A stretch of DNA of 64,000 bases from Octopus sinensis. Lineage: Eukaryota. Shown piece after piece: positions 12,320 to 23,924 of this stretch. The translations under genes were made by a program, and so were the position numbers. The stretch covers positions 4,464,001 to 4,528,000 of the forward strand of contig NC_043000.1 of the NCBI RefSeq assembly GCF_006345805.1, in the 5' to 3' direction. The first letter of the stretch is position 1. Every line of letters begins with the position of its first letter. The notes beneath the pieces are model-generated. The model did no database searches, was not told the DNA's origin, and saw only the letters and a list, made by a program, of their open reading frames with translations.

Positions 12320-13190
12320 GTTTGGGTCTAAGTTGACATCATTCCCAGTGCTCAACTGGTACTTAATTTATTGACCCCCGAAGGGATTAAAAGCAAAGTC
12401 AACCTCGATGACATTTGAACTCAGAATGTAAAGACAGATAAAATGCCACTAAGCATTTTTGTCTGGCATGCTAATGAGTCTGCAAACTTACTTGTTTCTT
12501 TATTGCCCACAGGGAGCTAAACAAAGAGGGGACAAACAAGGACAGACAAAGGGATTAAGTCGATTACATCGACCCCAGTGCGTAACTGGTACTTAATTTA
12601 TCGACCCCGAAAGAATGAAAGGCAAAGTCGACCTTGACGGAATTTGAACACAGAACATAACGGCAGACGAAATACCTATTTCTTTACTACCCACAGGGGG
12701 CTAAACACAGAGAGGACAAACAAGGACAGATAAACGGATTTCGTTGATTATATCGACCCAAGTGCGTAACTGGTACTTATTTAATCGACCCTGAAAGGAT
12801 GAAAGGCAAAGTCGAAATTTGAACTCAGAACGTAGCAGCAGATGAAATACTGCTAAGCATTTCACCCAGCATGCTAACATTTCTGCCAGCTTGTCGCCTT
12901 ACTGCCAACTTACTGCCCTAACTTCGACAGTAAATCAATTTCAGATTTCAGTAAATTGATTTTGACAGTAAATTGATTTCAGATTTCAGCCCAATGTCAG
13001 TCATTTCGGAGTCGGGTCTACATCGATTACATTGACCCCACCCCACCACCAGCACTTGATTGGTACTTATTTTATCAACGAAAGGCAAAGTCGACCTTCA
13101 CAGCATTTGCCACAGAACATAGATAGATGAAATGCCACTAAGCGCTTTTATCTAATATACTAACATTTCTGCCAGTTTACTGATCCAATT
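12320..13190 (-). mobile_element. Cluster of tRNA-derived SINE family B copies
   Basis: Repeated GAAAGGATGAAAGGCAAAGTCGAC...GGAATTTGAACTCAGAAC (reverse B box). Confidence 0.85.
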
Positions 13191-14099
13191 GCAACAGTAA
13201 ATTGGGTTGAATAAGAACTGAGAGATCACCAATCTTATTTATCCCAAGGAAAGTGTGAAAGTACAATAAATGCATGTGGTTGTGTCTGTAGTCTCTGGCT
13301 TTCACCATGAGGATAGTGATATCAATAAAATCATATATAACTATTCATAATTGTTGCACTAATCTATAATTTTTGTTTCATAATTTTGAAAATAAACAAA
13401 ACATCAAGCATCGGTAATTTTGTTTTTCCTCTTAATCTTTTCAAAAACTGAAAAAAATTAAAAGGTGTGATAATAATTAATAAATAATTGGTTAGTCCAC
13501 CCTCATTTATTATATTTTGCTTGCAAGTGATATTGCTTAGAATTAATTAGAAGAATTTCTTGAGAAATCTTTCACCCACATCATTCTCTTTGATGTTATT
13601 TGATTCTAAACTAATCGTTGCTTTAAATATTTTCATCTGAGTGGCATCTTGGTAATTGAAGAGGTTAATACAAAGTTACGAATCCACTCACTTGAAAGTA
13701 AACTTTTACACTTTATGATTATCTGTGAATTCAGGCATCATATCATTACTTTTTTTAAAATCCAACCATCCAACTACTTTAGCTATTTATTGTACATTTT
13801 CTTTTCTATAGATTTTGATTGCAAAGATGACTACAATTCTCACTGTATTTCTGATGCCTTCACTGGGAAATGACACCAAGTACATCATCTTGACACCTCC
13901 AGAATATACCATTGGTCTTGTCATGCAAGAGCAATGATGAGGTTCCCTGAGATCCTCAGGCTCGGAGGTTAAGGTGGTAGCCTACTAACAACATGATCAT
14001 ATGTTCAAATCTTACTAACATCATTGCGTTGTACTCCTAAGTAAAGACTCTGCCTCTAACAAAACAAAAAGTAGATTCTATTCATAGCTGAGTGCTTAA

Positions 14100-14319
14100 C
14101 CCTTTCGTTACCAACCCGGCTGAAACCTTCTCTGGCTCTGAGTACAAATGTCTTGTTTTCATAAGTTTTGAATTAAAATCTTCCACCAAACCTTACTCAC
14201 AATTTATGTTCCTAACACTAGCTGAATGATAACTAAGTTATTTTAGTAAATTCTTTGTTATATTTAAAGTAATTGAAAGAAACACAGAGCATCTCAAAAT
14301 GAATACAGTAACGAAAGGG
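14100..14319. mobile_element. piggyBac-type MITE
   Basis: TTAA|CCCTTTCGTTAC ... GTAACGAAAGGG|TTAA: 12-bp TIRs and TTAA TSD. Confidence 0.85.
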
Positions 14320-14489
14320 TTAATCCTTTGACATTTAAACCAGCCATGTCCAGCCCAGATATTTTATGCATTTCATGTTCCAACCTTCCAAATCCAGCCT
14401 CTTACATCCACCCTACAATGTTAGTCTATAAATATATACAGTCACCTCATCAAAATGTCAAAGCTACAAGAAAATATATGATTAACTCA

Positions 14490-14702
14490 AAACAATGTAC
14501 CAGTGCCACATAAAATGCACTCATGCTAGCACTGCAAAAATGCACCCATGCCAGTGGCATGTAAGAGGCACCCAGCACACACTGTAAAGTGGTTGGCATT
14601 AGGAAGGGCATCCAGTTGTAGAAACCATGCCACAACAGACAATTGGCTTGCCAACTCCTGTCAAACCATCCAACCCATGTCAGCATGCAAAATGGACGTT
14701 GA

Positions 14703-14738
<36 letters not shown>

Positions 14739-14770
14739 GTGATGGTGATGGTGATGATGATGGTGGTGGT
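14490..14770 (+). mobile_element. RTE 3' tail with (GAT)n
   Basis: Tail motif as at 960-1160. Confidence 0.75.
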
Positions 14771-15199
14771 GGTGGTAATGATGATGATGGAGGATGGGGA
14801 TGGGGAGGAGGAGGATGGTGGAGGAGGAGGAGAAGAAGAAGAAGAAGAAGGAGAAGAAGACGGAGAAAGAGGAGGGAGGAGGGAGGAGGAGGAGGAATTA
14901 CATTTGGCAGAATAACCTGAATGCTAAAGGGTTCATGGTAGAAAAAGGTTTATTGCTGCCATTATTTATTCCTAGGTGAATCCTTATTGAGCAGGCCTGT
15001 CATGAAAAGCTCTCCTGCCAACCTCATCGACCGCATCCTTTCTTTTTAGAGGTATCTAGCGCTACCTTGTTTAATGTGCTCTGAGCTATTTTAAGACCGC
15101 AGAGTGTGAATGAGGAAGACTTGGTTTCTATTTCTAGAAGGCTGAGAGCTTACATTAAGCATCTCTTGGTAATTCATGGTGAGAAGAAGTAACATCTAC

Positions 15200-15317
15200 C
15201 TGCAAAACCAATAGCTGCAACAAATAAAATATATCCCACTAATACAAACACATAAAATGGATGTATATTCAAAGGAACTATTGGAAATTCACCTGACAAT
15301 TCCCTTGCTATAATTTT
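15200..15317 (-). CDS. Candidate exon encoding a transmembrane helix (KIIARELSGEFPIVPLNIHPFYVFVLVGYILFVAAIGFA)
   Basis: gtttag| acceptor, GCAG|GTAGAT donor, open hydrophobic frame ending in phase 1; coordinates +/- a few nt. Confidence 0.4.
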
Positions 15318-15378
15318 CTAAACATTACTGTTATCTTCATGCAAGGTTTAATACTAAGTATTTATTCTTATTAACAAC

Positions 15379-15541
15379 ACAGGAGTGGCTGTGTGGTAAG
15401 TAGCTTGCTTACCAATCGCAAGGTTCCGGATTCAGTCCCACTGCACAGCACCTTGAGCAAGTGTCTTCTACCAAAGTCTCGGGCTGACCAAAGCCTTGTG
15501 AGTGGATTTAGTAGATGGAAACTGAAAGAAGCCCATCATAA

Positions 15542-15581
<40 letters not shown>

Positions 15582-16713
15582 ATATATATATTCTACATCG
15601 AGTGAAAGACAGGATGGACACTTCGATTTTGTGTTGGTGCTCCACTCTGTTGTACGCGACTATGAGGATTTGCATCCCCAACGTAAAACTTATAATGTAA
15701 TACATGTCCTTGAAGTAGTAATTGTACGTGGCTGAAAAAGGCTATAGACACACATTATGCATTGTTATAAAACCGTCTAATAAAGGCCCGAAACATATAT
15801 ACCGCTAAATCCTTGGCATCATGTTTTTATTTTGATTAATATATATATATATATATTCTACTTGGGATGGAGCCAGCCTACGTATGCATACCTTCCCTTC
15901 TTGGGACACAAAACTCTACTTGTGAAGACCTGTTGAGGCAAGTGAGGATCAGAATCGAAATCGATCAATGGAAATTGCAGATGTGTTACCAGTGCCGGTG
16001 GCATGTCGAAACTCTACTTGTGAAGACCTGTTGAGGCAAGTGAGGATCAGAATCAAAATCGATCAATGGAAATTGCAGATGTGTTACCAGTGCCGGTGGC
16101 ATGTCGATACTCTACTTGTGAAGACCCGTTGAGGCAAGTGAGGATCAGAATCGAAATCGATCAATGGAAATTGCAGATGTGTTACCAGTGCCGGTGGCAT
16201 GTCGATACTCTACTTGTGAAGACCCGTTGAGGCAAGTGAGGATCAGAAATGGAAATCGATCAATGGAAATTGCAGATGTGTTACCAGTGCCGGTGGCATG
16301 TCGAAACTCTACTTGTGAAGACCCGTTGAGGCAAGTGAGGATCAAAATGGAAATCGATCAATGGAAATTGCAGATGTGTTACCAGTGCCGGTGGCATGTA
16401 AGAGAACCTTCCGTTTCGTGTCCGTTGCCAGCCTCGCCTGGCCCTTGTGCCAGTGGCACATAAAAAGCACCATCCGTTCATGGCCGTTTGCCAGCTCTGT
16501 CTGGCACCTGTGCGGGTGGCACGTAAAAAGCACCCACTACACTCACGGAGTGGTTGGCGTTAGGAAGGGCATCCAGCCGTAGAAACACTGCCAGATTTGA
16601 CTGGGCCTGATGAAGCCTTCTGGCTTCACAGACCCCAGTAGAACCGTCCAACCCATGCTAGCATGGAAAACGGACGCTAAACGATGATGATGATGATGAT
16701 GATGATATATATA

Positions 16714-16771
<58 letters not shown>

Positions 16772-16985
16772 AGGTTTGTGTGTCTGTGTTTGTACCCCAC
16801 CATTGCTTGACAACCGATGCTGGTGTGATTACGTCCCTGTAACTTAGTGGTTCTGCAAAAGAGACCGATAGAATAAGTACTAGGCTTACAACGAATAAGT
16901 CCTGGGGTCGATTTGCTTGACTAAAGGTGGTGCTCCAGAATGGCTGCAGTCAAATGACGGAAACAAATAAAAGAGTAGAAGAGTA
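15379..16985 (+). mobile_element. SINE family A split by a PLE-like fragment (15570-15840) and an RTE 3' fragment (15860-16705)
   Basis: SINE head 15379-15570, tail 16760-16985; inserts flanked by (TA)n. Confidence 0.75.
15911..16400 (+). repeat. Five tandem ~99-bp copies of an RTE 3' UTR segment
   Basis: Unit (A)CTCTACTTGTGAAGACC...GGTGGCATGTCG starts near 15911, 16010, 16109, 16208 and 16306. Confidence 0.9.
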
Positions 16986-17087
16986 ATGTTCATACACTGG
17001 ATCAGTAATTCTGTAGTTATTACAAATAGTTGGCTAAGGAGGCTGTGTAAATAAACTGCCATGACAGGAAAAAATACCAAGCTGAGC

Positions 17088-17615
17088 TCATGACTACAAA
17101 ACTGTAGCAGCCGTCAACTTGGTTGAGTAAGGACTCATTAGAATGAGTGTTAAATGCAGTTTGTGGGAATGTGGTTTGCTTGACAGTGATTTCCTCAAAC
17201 TGAAATTTGGCTCCCAAAACATGCCTATTTAGGAGACATTCTAGAAGATTCTAGAAAGGTACATCATGTGATATCTCAATGCTGATTGGTCAGCTACTTG
17301 GCTGATCACATGAAATGGCTGTTACTAAGCTGTGATTTTAACTTGGTTTCATGACTACAAAACTGTGGCGGCTGTCAAGTTGGTTGAGTAAGGGCTCGTT
17401 AGAATGAGTGTTAAATGCAGTTTGTGAGAATGTGGTTTGCTTGACAGCAATTATCCTCAGACTGACGTTTGGCTCCCAAAACATGCCTATTTGTAAGCCT
17501 TGTTAGGGGACATTCTAGAAGATTCTAGAAAGTACATCATGTGATATCTCAATGCTGATTGGTCAGTTACTTGGCTGATCACATGAAATGGCTGTTACTA
17601 AGCTGTGATTTTAAC
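17088..17615. repeat. Tandem duplication of a ~262-bp unit
   Basis: CATGACTACAAAACTGT...GCTGTGATTTTAACTT present twice with scattered differences. Confidence 0.9.
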
Positions 17616-17879
17616 TTTGTAATTTTGCCATCTCAGTTCTGAATGAGCTGCACACTTAAGTCATGATATATTTAATCTTAGAAAGTCAGGTGTTCTGCAC
17701 CACCATATATCACCAATCAGCACAGTTCTTTGTCATTTTCTCTGTGAGGCACAGAACCTCCAGATCTGCCTCATCATTTCATCCCTAGTGTTCCTTAGTC
17801 TCCTTCTATGAATTTCCATCAATTTTGAGTTCTCAGCATCTCTGTATATACCAGTTACCCACCATAAACATCATATCTT

Positions 17880-18090
17880 CATACCTATTTCTTTATTGCC
17901 CACAAGGGGCTAAACACAGAGAGGACAAACAAGGACAGACAAACAGATTAAGTTGGTTATATCGACCCCAGTGTGTAACTGGTACTTAATTTATCGACCC
18001 CGAAAGGATGAAAGGCAAAGTCGACCTCGGCGGAATTTGAACTCAGAACATAATGGCATGCTAACGTTTCTGCCAGCTCGCCGCCTTAAT
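17880..18090 (-). mobile_element. SINE family B
   Basis: Family motifs. Confidence 0.85.
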
Positions 18091-19604
18091 ACCGATGCAG
18101 CCTTCTCTCTTGCACACTACACCTGATTCCTCTCACCTTCAGTTTTTCTCTCAGCTCATTTGTATTCCGACAGTCATATGAAGCTTCCCAATGGCACAAT
18201 GGCATTGTCTCCCCTTGATTGCTCTTTTTATTTTTGTATTATTTAATTTTGAGAAAATGAGGATTTTCTTTGTTTTGTCTTCTTTTCTATTCACTTTTCT
18301 CTTTCTCACTCTACATTCTATTTCAAAGAACAATAATGTCTAAAATATCAAACATAATTCTTTTAGTTTTTCTTTGAACACAAACATATAATTTTGATTG
18401 TGAACTTACCTTACCATTATTTTTTAAAATTCTTTTGCCATGTGTGTGGGGTGTGTGGATGGGGTGTATGCATGTGTTTATATTTGTACAAGTGTGTGTA
18501 GAATTAAATATTCTATTACTGCTTATACAAGAAAGTATGTATTTTATAGCCTTTTATTTGCATTCAAATTGTTTTAGCAAATCATTAAAGATATAAATGA
18601 AAAAAAATCAGTATATTTTTATTTCACAAATTCCATTTTATTTCATTCCTTTTGGCTGTTTCTAGAAAATTTTATGTGACTGGAATTCTCATATCAAAAC
18701 GAAGTAATAAAAAACAGAAAGAAAGATTTTAAATGAATAATGGAAAATAGTAGTCTGCGGTAATTTTATACAAATATTTAATTATTATGCAATCTCATTA
18801 GTAAAATATAGCGTTACTTGAAACAAAATGATTGTTTTCATTTTAAACCAATTAAAATTTTGTTGTGACAAATATATCAATATGAACAAATTATTATTGA
18901 AGAAATATTCAGTGTGGGCAGAGATGTGAGTGTGTGTGTGTGTGTGTGTGTGTTGTGTGTGTGTGTGTGTGTGCGTGTGTGCGTGCACGTGTGTGTGTGT
19001 GTGCATGTGTTTGTGTGTGTGTGTGTGTGTGTGTCTACATCCTTTACAGACATATATTGTAAACATTGGCTCTTAAGTTAAGCAACGTTGAATGTAATTA
19101 ATAGTTAGAGGGTCAACTGCATGGGAAATGTAGGGGCTTGCAGCCCCTAGATTTATACATACATACATACATACATACATACATGCATACATATATGCAC
19201 ACATGCATGCACACATACATACATACATACATACATACATATGTACATACATACATACATACATACATACATACATACATACATACATACATACATACAT
19301 ACATACATACATACATGTCTATTAGGCTATGAGCCAACAAATTTACACAAAAACCTAGAAATACTAGGTCTTTCAAAGAAAGATAAAAAGAAACTGATGT
19401 GGATTCCCCAAATCCAAACTATTAGTGGTACAGTGAAGATTATCAAGACATTTCAAAAATTCCCCACCTGAGATTCTTTGAGTGAATAAATGCACACACT
19501 TGGATGTGTGCATTAACAGCTCAGCCAACACATCAACTCAACCACATATTTATAAACACAAGGAATTCTTTGACTCAAAACATTTTGTCACTTTGTCAGT
19601 AATA

Positions 19605-19769
19605 GGCGTAGGGTTGGCTGTGTGGTAAGTAGCTTGCTTACAAACCACTTGGTTCTGGGTTCAGTCCCACTGTGTGGCACCTTGGGCAAGTGTCTTCTAC
19701 TATAGCGTTGGACCAACCAAAGCCGTGTGAGTGGATTTGATAGACAGAAACTCAAAGAAGCCCGTCTTA

Positions 19770-19823
<54 letters not shown>

Positions 19824-20296
19824 CTAAGCAATAAAGGGTTTAGCAACGAATTGCCTTACCACATACCGAATTTAGAAATAGCAGTCAAAGAGTTATAGCT
19901 ATTTCTTCTACTAAAAAGGGAGATCTCAGTAAAAACAGCAATTGGTAGGCAGACACAAACAGGTAAGAGAGAATGAATTGACGGCAATCTATCATACAAT
20001 TTTAAGTTATCTACGGACGTACGTTTCGAAATCAAGTTTTTAGGAAAGCATAAGAATTAAATATTAAATAATTCTACCTTACCAAAACTTCTTTTCTCTT
20101 CAGCGTAGAATACTATAATCGTAAATGATTATATATGAATTTGAGATACTAGAAGGCACCAACTCAACTCAGTATCAGAGCGAGCTAGAATCCGCAACTA
20201 GTATCACTAAATTCAAAGTGTGAATGAAAAGATTGCGTCACCAGCCCCTTCCCACCCGCGTGTAGCCAAAACAAGATGCTGTGGTCATCTACTGAG

Positions 20297-20336
<40 letters not shown>

Positions 20337-20578
20337 CGTGTATATATATATGTATGTGTGTGTATATGTTTGTGTGTCTGTGTTTGCCCCCCCCCCCATC
20401 GCTTGACAACTGATGCTGGTGTGTTTACGTCCCCGTAACTTAGCAGTTTGGCAAAAGAGACCGATAGAATAAGTACTAGGCTTACAAAGAATAAGTCCTG
20501 GGGTCGATTTGCTTGACTAAAGGTGGTGCTCCAGCATGGTCACAATCAAATGACTGAAACAAGTAAAAGAGTAAAGAG
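19605..20578 (+). mobile_element. SINE family A split by a ~480-bp insert (19820-20300) in its (TA)n
   Basis: Head 19605-19815, tail 20340-20578. Confidence 0.75.
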
Positions 20579-21645
20579 AAATTGGCTTGAACTCTCCTAA
20601 GAACTTAAACAAAACTTAACGAAAAACATACATATATGTATTTCTTAATTTAATAGATCACCATTTTCCACCAGGACACAAGTATAGAAGAATATTGCAT
20701 AGGAACTGTGTTAAGGTTAGCTATTCAGCTTGCCAAAATTTCAGGGATATATCAGAGGTTATAATGCTATGACGCTGAATAGAAGAGAGATGCAAACAAC
20801 TAGCCAAAAACGATCATGCAACTGTAGAATTTGTGAGAACTATCCACAAGACAGTAACTGCCTGGCAGTGTTCATTGTATACAGTGCAAAGTTGAATCAA
20901 ACAGCAGTATTCGACCTAAGCATATATTGGGGCAAACCACATTCAAAAACCGTTATTACAAGCATAAATATTCATTGTTAACCCTGACAGAAAATGTGCT
21001 ACAGCCTTGTTGAAGTTTATATGGTTCTTACATGACACAAGTCCTCACAAATTCAAAATTATCTGGTCTATTGTTGATAATGTGCTTCAATGGGGGCTTC
21101 AAATCACACGTACAGTGTAGTCTTTGAGTAAAAAACAGAATTTTGACTCAAGGCACCAATAATGTGAACAGAAATTAACTATCAAAAGAAATGGACTGTT
21201 AACATCTTGTATGCATGCAGCTAAGTATTTTTTTATGCAAATAAAAGCCTCCTTAAATTTCATTCTGGCTTAGAAAAAAACGTTGGTTTTGAAATGTTTA
21301 ATTAACAGGTTTTATTGATATATGTTTTAATATGTGTGTGCATGTCTATATGTGAGTATATTTATATAAGCATATGTGTATCTATATATATATATATATA
21401 TGTGTGTGTGTATGTATAAAAAATATATAAAAAATACGAAATGGGACAAGAACGCAAAACACTCAAAGAGACGACACAAAAAACGGACGGGTCATTCGAA
21501 GCCTCTAATCTTCAGTCAAGAACCGGATCATCCTCACAATTTCGGCTGATTATATACATATACATATATATATCCATATGTATGTATGTATGTATGTATG
21601 TATGCATGTATGTATGCATGAATATATAATTATATAATTCTCTGT

Positions 21646-21868
21646 GTGAGGAGGTGCCGAAAAGTTCCTGGCTTTGGGTAAAATAGAATAGAGGAGGATC
21701 AGTTAATTATGATTTTATTCAACATATCCCCATCTCAGATTCACACACTTGTTGCAGCAGTCCTTCAGTTTTTTTCTGAGCCCTGTAAAAGAACTTGGAA
21801 TGTTGAGCTTCCAGCCAAGCCTTTCCTGATACCCTTAAATTCCAGGAACTTTTCAGCACCCATTCTTA
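21646..21868. mobile_element. Mariner-type MITE
   Basis: TIR-like GAGG..GTGCCGAAAGTTCCTGG / CCAGGAACTTTTCAGCACC; second copy at 27905. Confidence 0.75.
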
Positions 21869-22449
21869 TACATGTGTATCTGAGAGTGTACATATACATA
21901 TGTGTGCATCAGCATGGGTGCATGCAAAATGAACGCCCATATGTACACCCACTGTTTTCAAAAACATTAATTAAAAATTGAAAGTACTACTTAAAAGTAT
22001 TATTATTATCATTACTGTTTAAATAGCAATACAATTTCATGACTTCGACTGTAAGGATTTTATGATATTTATAATAATATGAGGAAAACGCACCCCCCCC
22101 CCCGTCCAATGGGACAGTGCTGAGTTGTTAAACATTTAAACCAAATTTTCTCAAAACAACTTGTCTGACCGTCCCATAGGCCTCCCCTTTGAGAAACACT
22201 GATTTAACCTAAATTTGAGACACCAGCAAAAGAAGAAATAAAGATAGACATTTTTTCTATTCCAAAGAAAACCGATTTTATTCACGCCAATATGCAACTG
22301 AAGAGTTTAAAGTACCAGTAATGATAAGGCTGTTGACTGGGAGAACACAAACACGGTTTCAACAGTAAGCTTGACAGGAAAGAAATGTGCCTTTAAGCAG
22401 AACAAAAACAACAAAAAATGGAAGGTGCAATTATGTACATGTTGGTGGA

Positions 22450-22622
22450 AGAAAAGCGGGACAAAAACGGCTTTATCTATTGCATTCTCACCTGGAATCG
22501 ATTTTTGTAAATTTTTCAAGACTTATATATGCCCTGATACTGTCGGTATCTACATATCAAATTTGAGCACAATCGGATGGAGGATGCCCGAGATCCTAGA
22601 AGACACACACACAGACACACAC

Positions 22623-22659
<37 letters not shown>

Positions 22660-22675
22660 ACGATTTTATATAAGA
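22450..22675 (-). mobile_element. Helitron-like 5' terminal fragment
   Basis: Architecture like 6300-6445 (GGTCTCGGAGAAGA-like segment, (CAGA)n, TTTTATATA end); no 3' hairpin found. Confidence 0.4.
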
Positions 22676-22996
22676 ATCAGAATTATTCTTTCTAAATGAA
22701 AGAACATGAAAAAAGCATTTCCTTCAAACTTTCATTCCATATTTCAAAAAAATATTCAGACAGAGGATATTCAAAAGAAAATCCAATCTTGGTTTATCAG
22801 CTGTGCTCTCATCTATTTTAAGACTATTGAATGAGGAAGACTTGGTTTCTATTTCTAGTAGGCTCTTGTTAGCTCGTGGTGGGAAATGGTAATGTAGATT
22901 GGTAATGTACAAAAGAATAACCAACATTTGTATTGAGTTCTGTAATTTATTACTTCTAGTGAATCAACACAGATTTACACAAACACACATATGTAT

Positions 22997-23069
<73 letters not shown>

Positions 23070-23319
23070 TGGTGATATCATCAATTTTAAAATTTATGCA
23101 CAGATGATATGAATTGTAGTGCCATCTGATTTCAAATCTTTGTGTTTGAATGTTTTCCTAATGCATATATATATATATATATATATAATATACTTGGTGA
23201 TATCATCAATTTTAAAATTTATCCACTGGTGATATGACTAGTAGTGACATCTAATTTTAAAACTCAGTGTTTGATTGTTTTGCTTATGTATATACACATA
23301 TATGTATATATATAATATA

Positions 23320-23363
<44 letters not shown>

Positions 23364-23483
23364 TATACATATATATATGTATGTATACATACATACATAT
23401 TTATATGCATGTATGTGCATATGTATATATATATATATATACATACACACACACATATATATGTATATACATACATACATACA

Positions 23484-23516
<33 letters not shown>

Positions 23517-23921
23517 GTGGGTATATATATATATGTATATGGTGTAGGCAAAAATCTCTTAGGGAATTTTCATATCAAAACTTCTGTATATACAAGTGAA
23601 ATGTTATTTAAATTTTGTTTAAATATCACATTATAAAATGAATTATTACCCAATATTATATTACATCACATTATATCATTTGATGTTACATTATATCATA
23701 TTATATTAAGATTACATTATAAATTTATGTCCTGAAAAATAAAAAAAAAATGGTTTAAATTTCTTTCTGTTTTCTCTTCCTTTTTCTTTTGTTTGTATAT
23801 TTCGCAAAGTGATTCATCTCCGCTGTTATTATGCGAAACACTGAAACTTTTGAATTCAAACAAACAAAAGTAAATATTCAATGACTGTATTTTCTGTTAT
23901 TCTATTGTTATTCTGTTTCAG

Positions 23922-23924
23922 AAA
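23922..23924 (+). other. Candidate 3-nt microexon (AAA)
   Basis: tttctgttattctattgttattctgtttcag|AAA|gtaagt: pyrimidine tract and perfect donor inside ~800 bp of repeat-free sequence. Confidence 0.45.

Noticed and set aside
15911-16400. CRISPR-like repeat-spacer array
   Set aside because: Whole 99-bp units are repeated with no unique spacers; eukaryotic LINE-derived sequence
22280-22460. Helitron helicase fragment
   Set aside because: Only vague similarity, and orientation is opposite to the adjacent Helitron-like end
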